Made by a program: the position numbers and the translations under genes
Shown: one piece after another, positions 10,066 through 19,722 of the stretch
Numbering within the stretch: the first letter of the stretch is position 1
How the letters are laid out: every line of letters starts with the position of its first letter
Notes under the pieces: generated by a model
Seen by the model: the letters and a program-made list of their open reading frames with translations, nothing else
Database searches by the model: none
What the model was told of the DNA's origin: nothing
IMG/VR virus record: IMGVR_UViG_3300044878_000136
Location: 1 to 61,231 of that record
Direction: 5' to 3' (one strand)
DNA: 61,231 nucleotides
Source: a virus
Lineage: Duplodnaviria; Heunggongvirae; Uroviricota; Caudoviricetes

Positions 10066-10959
10066 TTACCCCTTGGTGAGGTTGTTGACGTTCTTGATGA
10101 ACTCTTTGTGGTTGTCGCGACTGATCACGCGTTCAACGACTTTACCCAGACCAGTCTTGGAGTAGCCACGATCGTTCACCGCGGTATACACCATGGCGAT
10201 AAAGGTCGGTGGGTATTCCAGTGCGATGGCCACGGCTTCACGGTACGCTGGACCGTAGGAGGCACCCAGTGCGATGTAAATAAAGCCGACGGTCAGTTGC
10301 TCCAGACGGGCACTGTTGATGACCTTCTTCACCCAAGTCACGAAGTCCTGGATGTTGTTCAGTGGAGGAACTTCACCCACCGAAGCGTTCAAGGTGATTG
10401 GGTCCATCCCCACCAAAGCACGAGCTGCACGGACCATAATCCGGTCCTGCTCTAATGGTGTGGTGTGACTATCGACCTTTTCATGCAATTGCAGGAAGTA
10501 AATGGTCGTCAAGGCACGCAACATCGTGGTCTGACCAAAGTCAAGACCTAACCGCAACGCCAACGCCTGAGCAACCCAAGCAACGAACGATTTCAATGCG
10601 AAGTCGCCGACGTTCAAAAAGTCGTGCCGGACCGACGCATCGCCTTCTACCCAGAGCTTGGTCAGTTTGGCTGTCAGGATGGTGTGTTGGAATACGTCAA
10701 TCCGAACCGCAGTTCCATCGGGACGTAGCAACGACCGACCGTCAAGTACGACGGTATTAGCGAGCGTAGGAATTTCTTTATTGGTGATGGCTTGGAGGAA
10801 CGGTGGGAATTCAGTAACGCCTGGCGGTACAAGGGCGATACCTTCCACACCTGCTACCTTCACCAGTTTTTCATCGATCTCGAGCCTGCGGATGCCGGTT
10901 GCGATTTTATCCAGCACGAAACGCGAACACGGTGTTGTTTGGTATGGGGTATCGAACAT
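10066..10959 (-). CDS. phiKZ gp28-like protein
   Basis: GGAGA RBS supports the start MFDTPYQTT at 10959. Synteny upstream of gp27 and divergent from the sheath gene. Confidence 0.65.
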   Translation of the reverse strand: MFDTPYQTTPCSRFVLDKIATGIRRLEIDEKLVKVAGVEGIALVPPGVTEFPPFLQAITNKEIPTLANTVVLDGRSLLRPDGTAVRIDVFQHTILTAKLTKLWVEGDASVRHDFLNVGDFALKSFVAWVAQALALRLGLDFGQTTMLRALTTIYFLQLHEKVDSHTTPLEQDRIMVRAARALVGMDPITLNASVGEVPPLNNIQDFVTWVKKVINSARLEQLTVGFIYIALGASYGPAYREAVAIALEYPPTFIAMVYTAVNDRGYSKTGLGKVVERVISRDNHKEFIKNVNNLTKG

Positions 10960-10980
10960 TGTTCGCGGTCTCCATGAAGG

Positions 10981-11030
10981 TTTGTAAAATATTAAAACAG
11001 CTGCTGTAAGAGCTGATTTAAAATAGTATG
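10981..11030. promoter_or_regulatory. divergent promoter region: AATATTTTAC (minus, middle-like) and TATG at 11027-11030 (plus, late-like)
   Basis: AT-rich island between divergent operons. Matches the phiKZ middle (AAanntTAC) and late (TATG) consensus motifs. Confidence 0.5.
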
Positions 11031-11126
11031 CGTACGCTGCTTCTTTCTGGCGTATTACACCAGCGTAGTAGCGACCATACAATTCCTTGATTGTTCTGCG
11101 CGGAACTCACTCCTGGGAGTCAACAC

Positions 11127-13184
11127 ATGTCTGTAAGCACTTACAGTTCTTTGCCGCGGACGGTTTTCCGTGGTATTAAGGACGAGTCGGCGGTAAACCT
11201 GGTTATGCCAGGCGAGAGCTTGCCAATCCGTGTGCCTCTGTTCTTCACCCTGGCTGCTTGGGGTGAAACCAACGTGGCGCGTTACGTGGATGGCGATGGT
11301 CAAGAATTGCTTTACGGCAAAGAGTTGACCAACCCGCGTTCCAAATTCTTCACCCACCAGAGCCAGTTCATTCGCTCTCACTTCGCCGCCGGCGGCAAGG
11401 CGCTCTTGCAGCGTATCGTGCCTGCTGATGCGAAGCGTGCGACTGCTCGTCTGTCTCTGGACATGGTTGCTGATGAGCTGCCTGTTTACGAGCGTAACGT
11501 CGACGGCACCTATAAGCTGACCGCCGATGGCGCTCGCATCCCTGTGGTCGGTGAAACCGTTGAAGGTTACCGTCTCCAGTGGAAGCTGGTCGAAATCCCT
11601 GCTGGCACCAATGGCTTCGGCACTGGCGTAGCTGGCGAAGGCGGCCTGGTATCGGGTAAAGACGGCTCGCTGTCGATCCTGTCCCCGGTTATCGACCTGA
11701 ATGGTCGTCACATCGGTGAGAAAGGCAAGAACCTCGGTTTCCGCCTGTCCGCTCCGACCGTGAACACCACTGATCCGGCCGACGCCGATCTGCAAGAAAA
11801 CCTGGGTTCGTTCCTGTACCGTATCCAGATGATCGAGCGTACCAACGCTCAGTCGACCGCTCGTCTCCAGTCCAACCTGGACGGTGGTAGCTTCGTTGAC
11901 TTCTCCTTCAAGAAAGGTGCGGTGGACCTGTCCAACGACATCGAGTACTACGGCGAGAAGAACATCATCCGTAGCTACGAAACCACCGACCTGACTCAGT
12001 TCACCGGTTTCGGTAACCTCGAGAAGCTGAGCATCTACGATGCCAACATCGCGGCGATCCTGGAAAAACTGAAGGACGCGGAAGAAGCGCACACCGGCGA
12101 AGAAATCGCCGATGCCAACCTGATCAACTTCCTGACTGGTGTGGACGTCCATGGCGTACCATACAGCACCTTCGTTGTTGAAGGTCCTCAGGCTGGCGGT
12201 CTGCTGTTCAGCGAAACCTCGAACTACTTCCTGCAAGGCGGTAGCGACGGTACCATCGGCGTTGACGAATACAACACCATGGTTGACAGTCTGTTGAGCG
12301 GCCTGTCCGACGCAGCCTTCCCTTACGCCGACATCGCACGCATGCCGTACGACTCGGTTTGGGATTCGGGCTTCCCGGTTGACACCAAGCTGAAGTTCGC
12401 CAACTTCCACGCCATCCGTCCAGACGTGTACATCCACGCCTGCACCCAAGACGTGACGAAGCCGCTGAACAGCGCTGCTGCTGACAGCTCCATCGGCGTG
12501 ACCCTGCGTTCGCACTTCCGTGCATCGCAAGAGTCGGCTGAGTTCGGCACCAAGGCCTGCCGCTATGCGGTGGTAATGTCGGCTGGTCACCTGATCAACG
12601 ACAACTACGATGGTCTGGTACCATTCCTGGAATGGCTGCTGATCAAAGGCGCCGAGTACATGTCGTCCGCTGACGGCTCGATGAACTCCGACTTCGCTTT
12701 CGGGCGTGGTGAGCAGAACATCGTGACCCGTTACCGCGACCACAACGCCGGTACCAAACTGGTCGGTGCTCGCAAGAACGACTGGGACAACGGTCTGAAC
12801 TTCGCTGAGTGGTTCGACATGTCTCGCCTGTTCTACGCAGGTGTTCAGTCGATCTACGAAACCCACACCTCTATCCTCCACGGTTACCTGAACACTCAGA
12901 TTGCTTGCAACCTGACGCGTATCGGTCACATCGTGTGGCGTGAGATGTCGGGCGACAGCCAGTTGACCGACGAAGAGTTCCTGGACGCCGTGACCGACAA
13001 GGTCAACGAGCGCACCACTGGCAAGTACGACGGCCGAGTGACCATCACTCCACGCGCCTACTACAATGCACTGGACGAGGCGCTGGGCTTCAGCTGGCAC
13101 TTGGACATCGGCATGGCTGGTGACAACATCCGTACCGTGCAGAACCTGGCGGTAATCGCTCAACGCCGTCGGAACGAGGAGTAA
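11127..13184 (+). CDS. contractile tail sheath protein (phiKZ gp29-like)
   Basis: About 685 aa with GIKDES, LQGGSDG and WDSGFPVDTK motifs. GGGAG RBS. Followed by the tube gene. Confidence 0.9.
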   Translation: MSVSTYSSLPRTVFRGIKDESAVNLVMPGESLPIRVPLFFTLAAWGETNVARYVDGDGQELLYGKELTNPRSKFFTHQSQFIRSHFAAGGKALLQRIVPADAKRATARLSLDMVADELPVYERNVDGTYKLTADGARIPVVGETVEGYRLQWKLVEIPAGTNGFGTGVAGEGGLVSGKDGSLSILSPVIDLNGRHIGEKGKNLGFRLSAPTVNTTDPADADLQENLGSFLYRIQMIERTNAQSTARLQSNLDGGSFVDFSFKKGAVDLSNDIEYYGEKNIIRSYETTDLTQFTGFGNLEKLSIYDANIAAILEKLKDAEEAHTGEEIADANLINFLTGVDVHGVPYSTFVVEGPQAGGLLFSETSNYFLQGGSDGTIGVDEYNTMVDSLLSGLSDAAFPYADIARMPYDSVWDSGFPVDTKLKFANFHAIRPDVYIHACTQDVTKPLNSAAADSSIGVTLRSHFRASQESAEFGTKACRYAVVMSAGHLINDNYDGLVPFLEWLLIKGAEYMSSADGSMNSDFAFGRGEQNIVTRYRDHNAGTKLVGARKNDWDNGLNFAEWFDMSRLFYAGVQSIYETHTSILHGYLNTQIACNLTRIGHIVWREMSGDSQLTDEEFLDAVTDKVNERTTGKYDGRVTITPRAYYNALDEALGFSWHLDIGMAGDNIRTVQNLAVIAQRRRNEE

Positions 13185-13190
13185 TAACGT

Positions 13191-14051
13191 ATGGCACGTT
13201 ATAAGGAGACGTTGACCAACAAGGCATACGGCAGTACGGCACAAACCAATGTGCTCAACCTGGCGGTGCAAGGTCAGCAGGGCTATATCACCGATATGGC
13301 CTACTACCCTTCGGCTACGGACTACATCCGTAAGCCGTTGATCGTGAAGGTTCTTCAGGCACCAGTGGGCTTGACCTACATGCCTAACGCCCCGGCGTAC
13401 ATCGCGGCGTACAAGAACCTGATCGAGAACTGGATGCAGTCCTGGTCCGGTTTCAACCGTACCCTGGCCGTTTCGGTTAACGAAACCCAGATCGGTAACT
13501 CGGGTGAGTCCTTCCAGACTCCATCCCGCGTGGCTCGTGCTCGTTCGCAGATCACCTCGACCATCGTCGAGAAAGATCGTCGTCCAGTGATTCGTTTCCT
13601 GGAAGACTACACCCGCTACCTGATCATGGATCCGGATGTGGGTCATGCGCTCCTGAGCGGCGTGAGCGACAAGTTCACCGACCAACTCGCCGACATCTAC
13701 GGCGGCACCATCATCGCGTTCGAACCAGACAAGACTTTCCGCTACGTGGAAAACGCCTTCCTGGTAACCAACTTCTTCCCGTACAACGACATCGGTGAGA
13801 ACATTGGTAGCCGTCAGCTGCAACAAGACGGTGAGATCGCGACGTACAACCTGTCGTGGACTGGCTTCCAGAAAGTCGGTTACGCTGTGGACAAGTTGGC
13901 GCAAGCCTTCATGGACGCACAGCGCGTCACTGGTATCGATCCTTCGTACCAGCCGACGTTCGTATCGGGTGTAGACTCGAACGTAACGGCGGTCAAGACT
14001 GGCTACAGCGAACAAATCAACTTGCTGAAAGGCTCGTTGGTCTCGCCGTAA
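13191..14051 (+). CDS. tail tube / major tail protein (phiKZ gp30-like)
   Basis: 286 aa directly after the sheath gene, GAGGAG RBS, highly biased codons. Confidence 0.8.
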   Translation: MARYKETLTNKAYGSTAQTNVLNLAVQGQQGYITDMAYYPSATDYIRKPLIVKVLQAPVGLTYMPNAPAYIAAYKNLIENWMQSWSGFNRTLAVSVNETQIGNSGESFQTPSRVARARSQITSTIVEKDRRPVIRFLEDYTRYLIMDPDVGHALLSGVSDKFTDQLADIYGGTIIAFEPDKTFRYVENAFLVTNFFPYNDIGENIGSRQLQQDGEIATYNLSWTGFQKVGYAVDKLAQAFMDAQRVTGIDPSYQPTFVSGVDSNVTAVKTGYSEQINLLKGSLVSP

Positions 14052-14123
14052 CAAGTAAGACCGGGACTTGGGGGCAGCTAGGGCTGCCCTTGAGTTTATA
14101 GGGATATCACCGAGTTAACCAAC

Positions 14124-14441
14124 ATGACAGCATGCGAGCAGTTACACGCAGCGTTGAGAGAACTGGAAGCAGATCTCAAGAATTATAAGGTGTACGGTAG
14201 TGCACTGATCACACTGAGCGAGGATAGCCCATCTCCCGAGCTTCGGGACATCTATCACGCGGTGATCGGCCTGAAATGCCGGATACCGGTTTACACCAAC
14301 GATTTCGAACAGCACAAGATCAAGGAAACTGGTCATGCCGTGTTCGTAATCAAATTGACAGGGATGGTCTACATTCAGACCGTTGTCGGGAAGTTGGTTC
14401 TACCTTATGGATCGGGAATTGTCACGCAAGGCAAGTACTGA
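14124..14441 (+). CDS. hypothetical protein
   Basis: 105-aa ORF ending before a bidirectional hairpin. Confidence 0.55.
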   Translation: MTACEQLHAALRELEADLKNYKVYGSALITLSEDSPSPELRDIYHAVIGLKCRIPVYTNDFEQHKIKETGHAVFVIKLTGMVYIQTVVGKLVLPYGSGIVTQGKY

Positions 14442-14466
14442 AAAAGAAACAAAAAAAGAACATACG

Positions 14467-14501
14467 CATACAGCCAGAGGATTTCTCCTCTGGCTGTATG
14501 C
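14467..14501. terminator. bidirectional TATGC-family hairpin
   Basis: GCATACAGCCAGAGGA-TTTC-TCCTCTGGCTGTATGC between convergent genes. Confidence 0.8.
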
Positions 14502-14503
14502 TC

Positions 14504-15217
14504 TTATGCTGAACGCTTGAGTAGGGCGAGTAGTACGGGCGATGGTTTAGCAGGGTTTGGTATTTGTAGCGGGATCCGCTTCCAGCCCTTCTTGCGATTG
14601 TAGTCGGTGCTGCATTTGACTTCTGGCGGTTCGTCATCATCCACACGCATAGGCCAGAGATCAAAGAGGTGACGATGTTCGTGCAGCCGCATCCGGCTAT
14701 AGCGACCTAAGCCTGGATCTGTCCCGAAGAACAGTCCAGATTTCCCGATGATGTTGATGTCCTCTTTATCGGCATGGCCACCTGGACCAACCGATGGTCG
14801 AGACTTGCCGTACAGGATGGAGTCCCAGTCAATAGGTCTGATGTCGGCCCTGGCGGGTACATCAGGGCAGTACTTCGGATTGGGGTGTGTCGGTAAAGCC
14901 AAATCCAGCAGGCTGGTCAATATACCAGCCTGAGTTGCCTTACCCATCTGCCTAGGCCGAATCTCCATCCGGTCCCTGAAGTCCATTGGCACTTCATAGT
15001 GATCGTAGAGCATCCTCTCCATTTGCAGCCAGAGCTTGAGACCTTTGTTGGTCACTGCCTGCAATTGGAAGAAGGTGGGCATCTGACGGCTAGGGAACGG
15101 GATTGGTTCCATATGGCCAAACCCATCAGTACGGAGGTGACCGTACTGAGTCCGGTATTCCCGACAGTGGATTTCCATCAAGGCGACTAAGCCGCCATCA
15201 AGTTCTTTCAGGTTCAT
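14504..15217 (-). CDS. hypothetical protein
   Basis: GAGGGAG RBS before MNLKE at 15217. Overlaps the end of the upstream gene. Confidence 0.65.
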   Translation of the reverse strand: MNLKELDGGLVALMEIHCREYRTQYGHLRTDGFGHMEPIPFPSRQMPTFFQLQAVTNKGLKLWLQMERMLYDHYEVPMDFRDRMEIRPRQMGKATQAGILTSLLDLALPTHPNPKYCPDVPARADIRPIDWDSILYGKSRPSVGPGGHADKEDINIIGKSGLFFGTDPGLGRYSRMRLHEHRHLFDLWPMRVDDDEPPEVKCSTDYNRKKGWKRIPLQIPNPAKPSPVLLALLKRSA

Positions 15218-15614
15218 CTTTGTGCGCTCCCTCAAATCCAAAGATTACGACCATGCGGTCTTCTTCATCCATTTCCAGATAGTCCTCCTCATCGAAGTGG
15301 AAGTGATCAGCCTCTTTGACCTCGTAGGTCCGGTTGATCGCATCGATGACGTAGAGGAGTTCATCACCACCCAAGGCGTAGGGCGTGTAGTCTTCTTCAA
15401 CCGAGAAGACGAAGACACCCAACGCTTCAATTCTTAGCGGACGCAGCTGGTGCGTATTCTCGCAGGCGCCACGGGCATTCTTGGTGCCGTAGTCTTGCCC
15501 GAAGCGGAAGGTATTCAGTTGCAGGAAGTTCGGGGTGTATCCATCCAAGTCTTCAGGCCATGGCTGTGGTCCGTTGGTTGGCTTTGCTGGGATACGCAAC
15601 TCTTTCTGGAACAC
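15198..15614 (-). CDS. hypothetical acidic protein
   Basis: AGGAG RBS, GTG start. Confidence 0.7.
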   Translation of the reverse strand: MFQKELRIPAKPTNGPQPWPEDLDGYTPNFLQLNTFRFGQDYGTKNARGACENTHQLRPLRIEALGVFVFSVEEDYTPYALGGDELLYVIDAINRTYEVKEADHFHFDEEDYLEMDEEDRMVVIFGFEGAHKDEPERT

Positions 15615-15684
15615 AGACTTACTCCTAAGACAAAATAAAAAGACACACTGGGGGATGCGGCCCCCAGCATGCCTGCCGAACTGA

Positions 15685-16485
15685 TTAGGCCTTCACGGAT
15701 ACGGTGTTCAGAACACCGTACGCGTAACCGTCCCGCTCAATCAGCGAATCAACGAAACTTGCAGACACGCCCTTCATGAAATCGATCAGGCGGGCCAGTT
15801 GTGCGGAGCTGGTCATTAACCTCAGCTTTTCTTCCACGATGGTGAGAAGAGCCACTTCGCCGGATTCGGCTTTGATCACCAGGCAGTCTTCGACACCAGT
15901 GCCGTCGATCGAGGCGTAGGTGTGGACACCGGCCTTGATGTTCGGAACGCGGCTGTCGATCAACTGCGCCAGGTCAGTCATCATCGAACGCGATTCGTAG
16001 AACTCGCGGAAGTGAATGCTGTTACCTTGGGCCTTGGCCAACTGATTGCGGAACTGGATGCGTGCCACGTTCTTCAGGTGGCTGACAGTCTCGCCCTTGG
16101 TCAGGGACAGACGCAGTTCATGCGCGTCGGCGCGACGGAAGTCAGGGATGAACTTGATCAGACCGCCGAGGTAGTCGATCGCATCAACGGCGTACATGCC
16201 GTCGTAGCCCATGGCTTGGTGGATCACTTGACCGACAATGCCGTTGGCCTGGGTGCGGTATTCGTAAGTGCCTTCATCGAGGTTACCGATACGCGATACG
16301 CGATGGCTGGCATTGGCCGCAGTGATGACGAGGTGTTCGTTCTCGCCGCTCTGGAACAATGTCACGGAATAGGGGAAGAAGCCTTCTTTAGCACAGACGC
16401 AACCTTCGTGGACGCGATCAGCCAGGGAAGTCAGTGCGCCCCAGAGAGCGTGTGCAGCCAGAGGATTGCTATTGGTAATTTGCAT
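15685..16485 (-). CDS. hypothetical protein
   Basis: Biased codon usage. Likely start MQITNS at 16485, because the track start at 16518 is the ATG inside a terminator tail. Confidence 0.75.
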   Translation of the reverse strand: MQITNSNPLAAHALWGALTSLADRVHEGCVCAKEGFFPYSVTLFQSGENEHLVITAANASHRVSRIGNLDEGTYEYRTQANGIVGQVIHQAMGYDGMYAVDAIDYLGGLIKFIPDFRRADAHELRLSLTKGETVSHLKNVARIQFRNQLAKAQGNSIHFREFYESRSMMTDLAQLIDSRVPNIKAGVHTYASIDGTGVEDCLVIKAESGEVALLTIVEEKLRLMTSSAQLARLIDFMKGVSASFVDSLIERDGYAYGVLNTVSVKA

Positions 16486-16513
16486 GTCTGATACTAACCT
16501 TATTTCAATTGAG

Positions 16514-16545
16514 GGCATAAAGCCTGGGGTTTATCCCCAGGCCCT
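16514..16545 (-). terminator. hairpin plus TTTATGC tail
   Basis: Minus strand reads GCCTGGGG-ATAAA-CCCCAGGC-TTTATGC after the stop at 16565. Confidence 0.75.
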
Positions 16546-16564
16546 AACTACGCTGAACGCCGTA

Positions 16565-17023
16565 TTACTGGGCGAACACTTTCTCGGCATCTTCGCCGAG
16601 GTAGCTAACTACGGACTTGTAGTTGCTGGTGCGGCGGCCAACGCCCACGATCACGTCGGTCTTGGCAACGCCGTACTTGTTCCACTCGGCACCGGCAGCA
16701 GTACCGGACTTGTGGCGGCTGTAGCTGGTGTCCAGGGCGCTGTGACCGAGCTTGGTGCGCAGGGTGGTGCGATCCAGGTCTTTGTGCTCGACCATTGCAG
16801 CTTTGGACTTGTTGCCGAACGCTAGGGTCTGGGCAGTAGCGACGTCGATCAGGAAGCCTTGGCCTTCTTTCAGAGCTTCCATGGACAGCGATGGCGGCAG
16901 GTACTTGGCCACGATGTCTTCGAAGCCAGGCATGTCGCCGGTCTTGGTTGCTACGTCCAGAGTGGTGATGGCTTCCAGTTCTTGAGCCAGAGTCTTGATT
17001 TGTTCTGGGAGTTCTTTGCTCAT
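16565..17023 (-). CDS. hypothetical protein, likely highly expressed
   Basis: AAGGA RBS before MSKELPEQ, strong codon bias, own promoter motif at 17136-17143. Confidence 0.8.
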   Translation of the reverse strand: MSKELPEQIKTLAQELEAITTLDVATKTGDMPGFEDIVAKYLPPSLSMEALKEGQGFLIDVATAQTLAFGNKSKAAMVEHKDLDRTTLRTKLGHSALDTSYSRHKSGTAAGAEWNKYGVAKTDVIVGVGRRTSNYKSVVSYLGEDAEKVFAQ

Positions 17024-17135
17024 GGTGCTTTTCCTTACGGTTGTGATTGGGTATTGCGGAATAGGTTTGTTCAACTGATACCCAGGTTTGGTAATTTTTT
17101 ACAGAAGGATGACTCTTGCCCCACTGTTCACTTCG

Positions 17136-17143
17136 ATAATGTA
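17136..17143 (-). promoter_or_regulatory. early-promoter-like motif TACATTAT
   Basis: Minus strand reads TTTTTTAGCCCTACATTATC. Confidence 0.5.
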
Positions 17144-17230
17144 GGGCTAAAAAAGGTTTGCATGAGGATTTACCACCGCATGAGACAAAAAAAGAAAGGT
17201 GGAACAGGGGAGTCGAAGCTCCCCCAATCC

Positions 17231-17482
17231 TTATGCCGACTTCTTGTTGGTGAACGACTTGAACAGCTTGTAGCTGCCGTAGATTGCTGCACCAGCTGCG
17301 ACTGCACCCACCAGAGCTGCACCCACTGGGTGAGCCTTGGCGATGTTCGCACCAGTCTGTGCGTACTTAGCAACTGCTGCGGTAGCCAGTGCTGCTTTAC
17401 CAACTTCGCCTGTGGTGGCTGCTACGTCAGCGGCAACTACGGAAGCTTCTACTACGGTACCAACGATTTCGACTGCGGACAT
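17231..17482 (-). CDS. small Ala/Val-rich membrane protein
   Basis: GGAGA RBS. Hydrophobic PVGAALVGAVAAGAAIYG followed by a Lys-rich tail. Confidence 0.75.
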   Translation of the reverse strand: MSAVEIVGTVVEASVVAADVAATTGEVGKAALATAAVAKYAQTGANIAKAHPVGAALVGAVAAGAAIYGSYKLFKSFTNKKSA

Positions 17483-17550
17483 GGTGATTCTCCAGATATT
17501 TTAAATTAGGTATTGCGAATGAGGTTTGGTTTACGGCTTACTACTGCAAC

Positions 17551-17676
17551 TTACTTCTTCTTGAACTTGGCCTTGACTTTGCCAACGAAGTTATGCTTGG
17601 CATTGACTTCGTAGATGATGTCAGCTGCAATGCAGACGATGGCCAGCTTGATGATGCCGTTTGCGATGTTACCCAT
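17551..17676 (-). CDS. 41-aa membrane micro-protein (not in ORF track)
   Basis: Strong GAGGAGG RBS. MGNIANGIIKLAIVCIAADIIYEVNAKHNFVGKVKAKFKKK. Confidence 0.75.
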   Translation of the reverse strand: MGNIANGIIKLAIVCIAADIIYEVNAKHNFVGKVKAKFKKK

Positions 17677-17712
17677 GATGTTGTCCTCCTCGGACTATGG
17701 TTGTGGTATTGC

Positions 17713-17904
17713 TTAACGTTCGCCGAAGCTGAAGTCGTACATCGGGCTGCCGAACACTTTCTCCAGTTCAGCAGCGAACTGGTCGATAGCTTCATGCATT
17801 GCCTTCTCGGCTTTCTTCCGGCGATAACGCTGAAGTGCTTTGTAACCAACGACTGCCACACCGGCGCCGGCTGCGGCAGCTGCTACGATTTTGAGTGCGC
17901 TCAT
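17713..17904 (-). CDS. 63-aa membrane micro-protein
   Basis: AAGGA RBS. N-terminal hydrophobic helix followed by YKALQRYRRKK. Confidence 0.75.
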   Translation of the reverse strand: MSALKIVAAAAAGAGVAVVGYKALQRYRRKKAEKAMHEAIDQFAAELEKVFGSPMYDFSFGER

Positions 17905-17940
17905 GGCGGCATTCCTTGATCAGTGTATGTATTCATGCTA

Positions 17941-17966
17941 ACTATGTATGACTGAGATATTTTTGA
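17941..17966 (-). promoter_or_regulatory. early-promoter-like motif TCAGTCATACATAG
   Basis: Shares TCAGTCATACAT with the motif at 43804-43818. AT-rich upstream sequence. Confidence 0.45.
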
Positions 17967-18095
17967 ATGCGATTCTGGAGCCTACAATAGGGTTATTAGA
18001 AGAGTTATCATGAAAGGGGTCCGTTTGCTTGTCTTTATAGATAACGCAGCTTATGCGGCGTTGTAGGTGGATGCGGTGGTAAGACAAAAGAAAGC

Positions 18096-18130
18096 GACAT
18101 AAAGCCCGGCACGAGGCCGGGCGATATGCT
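18096..18130 (-). terminator. hairpin plus TTTATGT tail
   Basis: Minus strand reads GCCCGGC-CTCGT-GCCGGGC-TTTATGTC after the stop at 18132. Confidence 0.7.
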
Positions 18131-18131
18131 G

Positions 18132-18686
18132 TTAACGACGACTTTGGATGATCTTCTCTATTTCTACATGCAACCAATCTTCTGGCAACTGGTAGATAAT
18201 AGCTTGTTCAGCATCCAGCCCGAACTTGAGTCGAGCTTCGCGACGAATGAGAACATCCTCACCCATCGGCTCCACATCGTCTCGGACTTCAGCGAAGCTC
18301 ACCTGGGCGGCAAACGAGAAGTCCTTGAGTTGGAGCATGATTGCCTTGTTACGGATCTGGATGTGATGATCAACCCACGTCACTTCATGGTGCGCCACAT
18401 CGATCAGTTGCTGACGTACAGTCGGTGAGGTGAATAGCAGACCCCGCTCCCACATCGTCGGGATATCGCTAGGCACCTTGACTTCCTGCACACGCCCAGC
18501 CGCCGTGGCGATCTCGACAGCTTTCTGGACGACATGGTTAGCCATCCAGATCTTTGCGCAGGTCTTGACGTTAGACAGCAGTTGGATAGTTGGTGGGATA
18601 TTACCGATCCCACGAATAACTTCGAACTTCTGCTTTACATCAGGTTCGTCAACGTAGTCGACATGGTGGAGCATTTGAAAGCACAT
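18132..18686 (-). CDS. hypothetical protein
   Basis: 184-aa ORF, AAGGA RBS, in an operon with 18696..19610. Confidence 0.7.
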   Translation of the reverse strand: MCFQMLHHVDYVDEPDVKQKFEVIRGIGNIPPTIQLLSNVKTCAKIWMANHVVQKAVEIATAAGRVQEVKVPSDIPTMWERGLLFTSPTVRQQLIDVAHHEVTWVDHHIQIRNKAIMLQLKDFSFAAQVSFAEVRDDVEPMGEDVLIRREARLKFGLDAEQAIIYQLPEDWLHVEIEKIIQSRR

Positions 18687-18695
18687 GCGCCGTCC

Positions 18696-19610
18696 TTACT
18701 TCTGGGTGAGCTCGAGGATCTGTTCCATCAGCTCGTTAGCCCGAGCGCTGTCGCTATCGGCCATGGTGACCATCTTCATCACACCTGGACCGGTGATGGT
18801 GATAGTGCCGTTGCAGAACAGGCGGATTTCATTCTGCCCGTCACGCACGGTAGCCACCAGCGGCTTTGGGTTTTCAGGATTGTGTTTGAACTCAACCCCT
18901 GGTACGTACGTCCCCAGGTTCTTCTTCAGGAGGAGGATGTAAGCCACCACCTGTTCGGCCGACTTGTTGGCAGGTAGTGGGTAGTTGTAATGCGGCTGCC
19001 CGTCCAACATCACTTCGATACCAGCACGATCGTCGGTGACGACTTTCTTGATCGTGTAGACGCCAGTGGCGATACCTTCGACCGAAGTCTTGATGGTGAC
19101 CAGTTCACCGGATTCGACATCGCCGTATTCCTGGATCTCGTGAGCGATTTCCAGCCAGCTCAGTGGATCATACTGCTGGAAGAAGTTGGTGATGCCGGCG
19201 GCGGCCATCTGCGTGCGAAACTCATCATCACGCGCTTCCTGACTGAGATAACCGTGAACCGCCATCTGCTCTTCACCCATGAACTCACGACCAGGCTTGG
19301 AGTTGAATTCACGCAGGGTGATCATCATCGTCATCAGCTCTTCAGCCGAACGCAGGTTGTGCATCGGGTCGTTGATCAACTCCTTACCGCCGAGTTTGAC
19401 GTTGATACCTTTCTCACGCTCTTCGTTCTCAACGAAGTCCAGTACGTAGAGGTGGGATGGATCGTTCTTCGGACCAACGTTGAATTCGTAGTGATCACGA
19501 TCACCTTCCATTGCTTGACCGGACACTACTTGCAACCGAGACAGTAGCTCGTTGAAGGCTGTCAGAGAGGTGATCTTGTAGAAGTTGCTGAGTACGTGGA
19601 ACTGTGCCAT
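18696..19610 (-). CDS. hypothetical protein with duplicated domain; paralog of 19723..20184
   Basis: AGGAG RBS. Two (S/T)NF(Y/F)...GIxVxLxG...SAE repeats. Confidence 0.8.
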   Translation of the reverse strand: MAQFHVLSNFYKITSLTAFNELLSRLQVVSGQAMEGDRDHYEFNVGPKNDPSHLYVLDFVENEEREKGINVKLGGKELINDPMHNLRSAEELMTMMITLREFNSKPGREFMGEEQMAVHGYLSQEARDDEFRTQMAAAGITNFFQQYDPLSWLEIAHEIQEYGDVESGELVTIKTSVEGIATGVYTIKKVVTDDRAGIEVMLDGQPHYNYPLPANKSAEQVVAYILLLKKNLGTYVPGVEFKHNPENPKPLVATVRDGQNEIRLFCNGTITITGPGVMKMVTMADSDSARANELMEQILELTQK

Positions 19611-19722
19611 GTTGTATCTCCTGTGGAGTCATAGGGGTGTATGTGCCGCATGTTGCGGCACATGAGCTAACGCTAGGTGCGGGGGATGCTCAAAGAAGTA
19701 ATACGTTATGTAAAATTTTACA

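Noticed and set aside
4078-10455. Long plus-strand ORFs (665, 634 and 580 aa) antisense to terminase and the gp26/gp27-like genes
   Set aside because: Same antisense artefact. The minus-strand genes carry the recognisable motifs.
11055-14054. 999-aa antisense ORF over the sheath and tube genes
   Set aside because: Shadow ORF caused by strong codon bias on the sense strand. It has no RBS or motifs and a V/H/Q/R-rich composition.
14504-15614. Possible paralogy (PIPFP...PTFFQL versus PQPWP...PNFLQL)
   Set aside because: The match is too short to support without a profile alignment.
17541-17861. 106-aa minus-strand ORF in the track
   Set aside because: It is an alternative frame across two small ORFs that each have a clear RBS.
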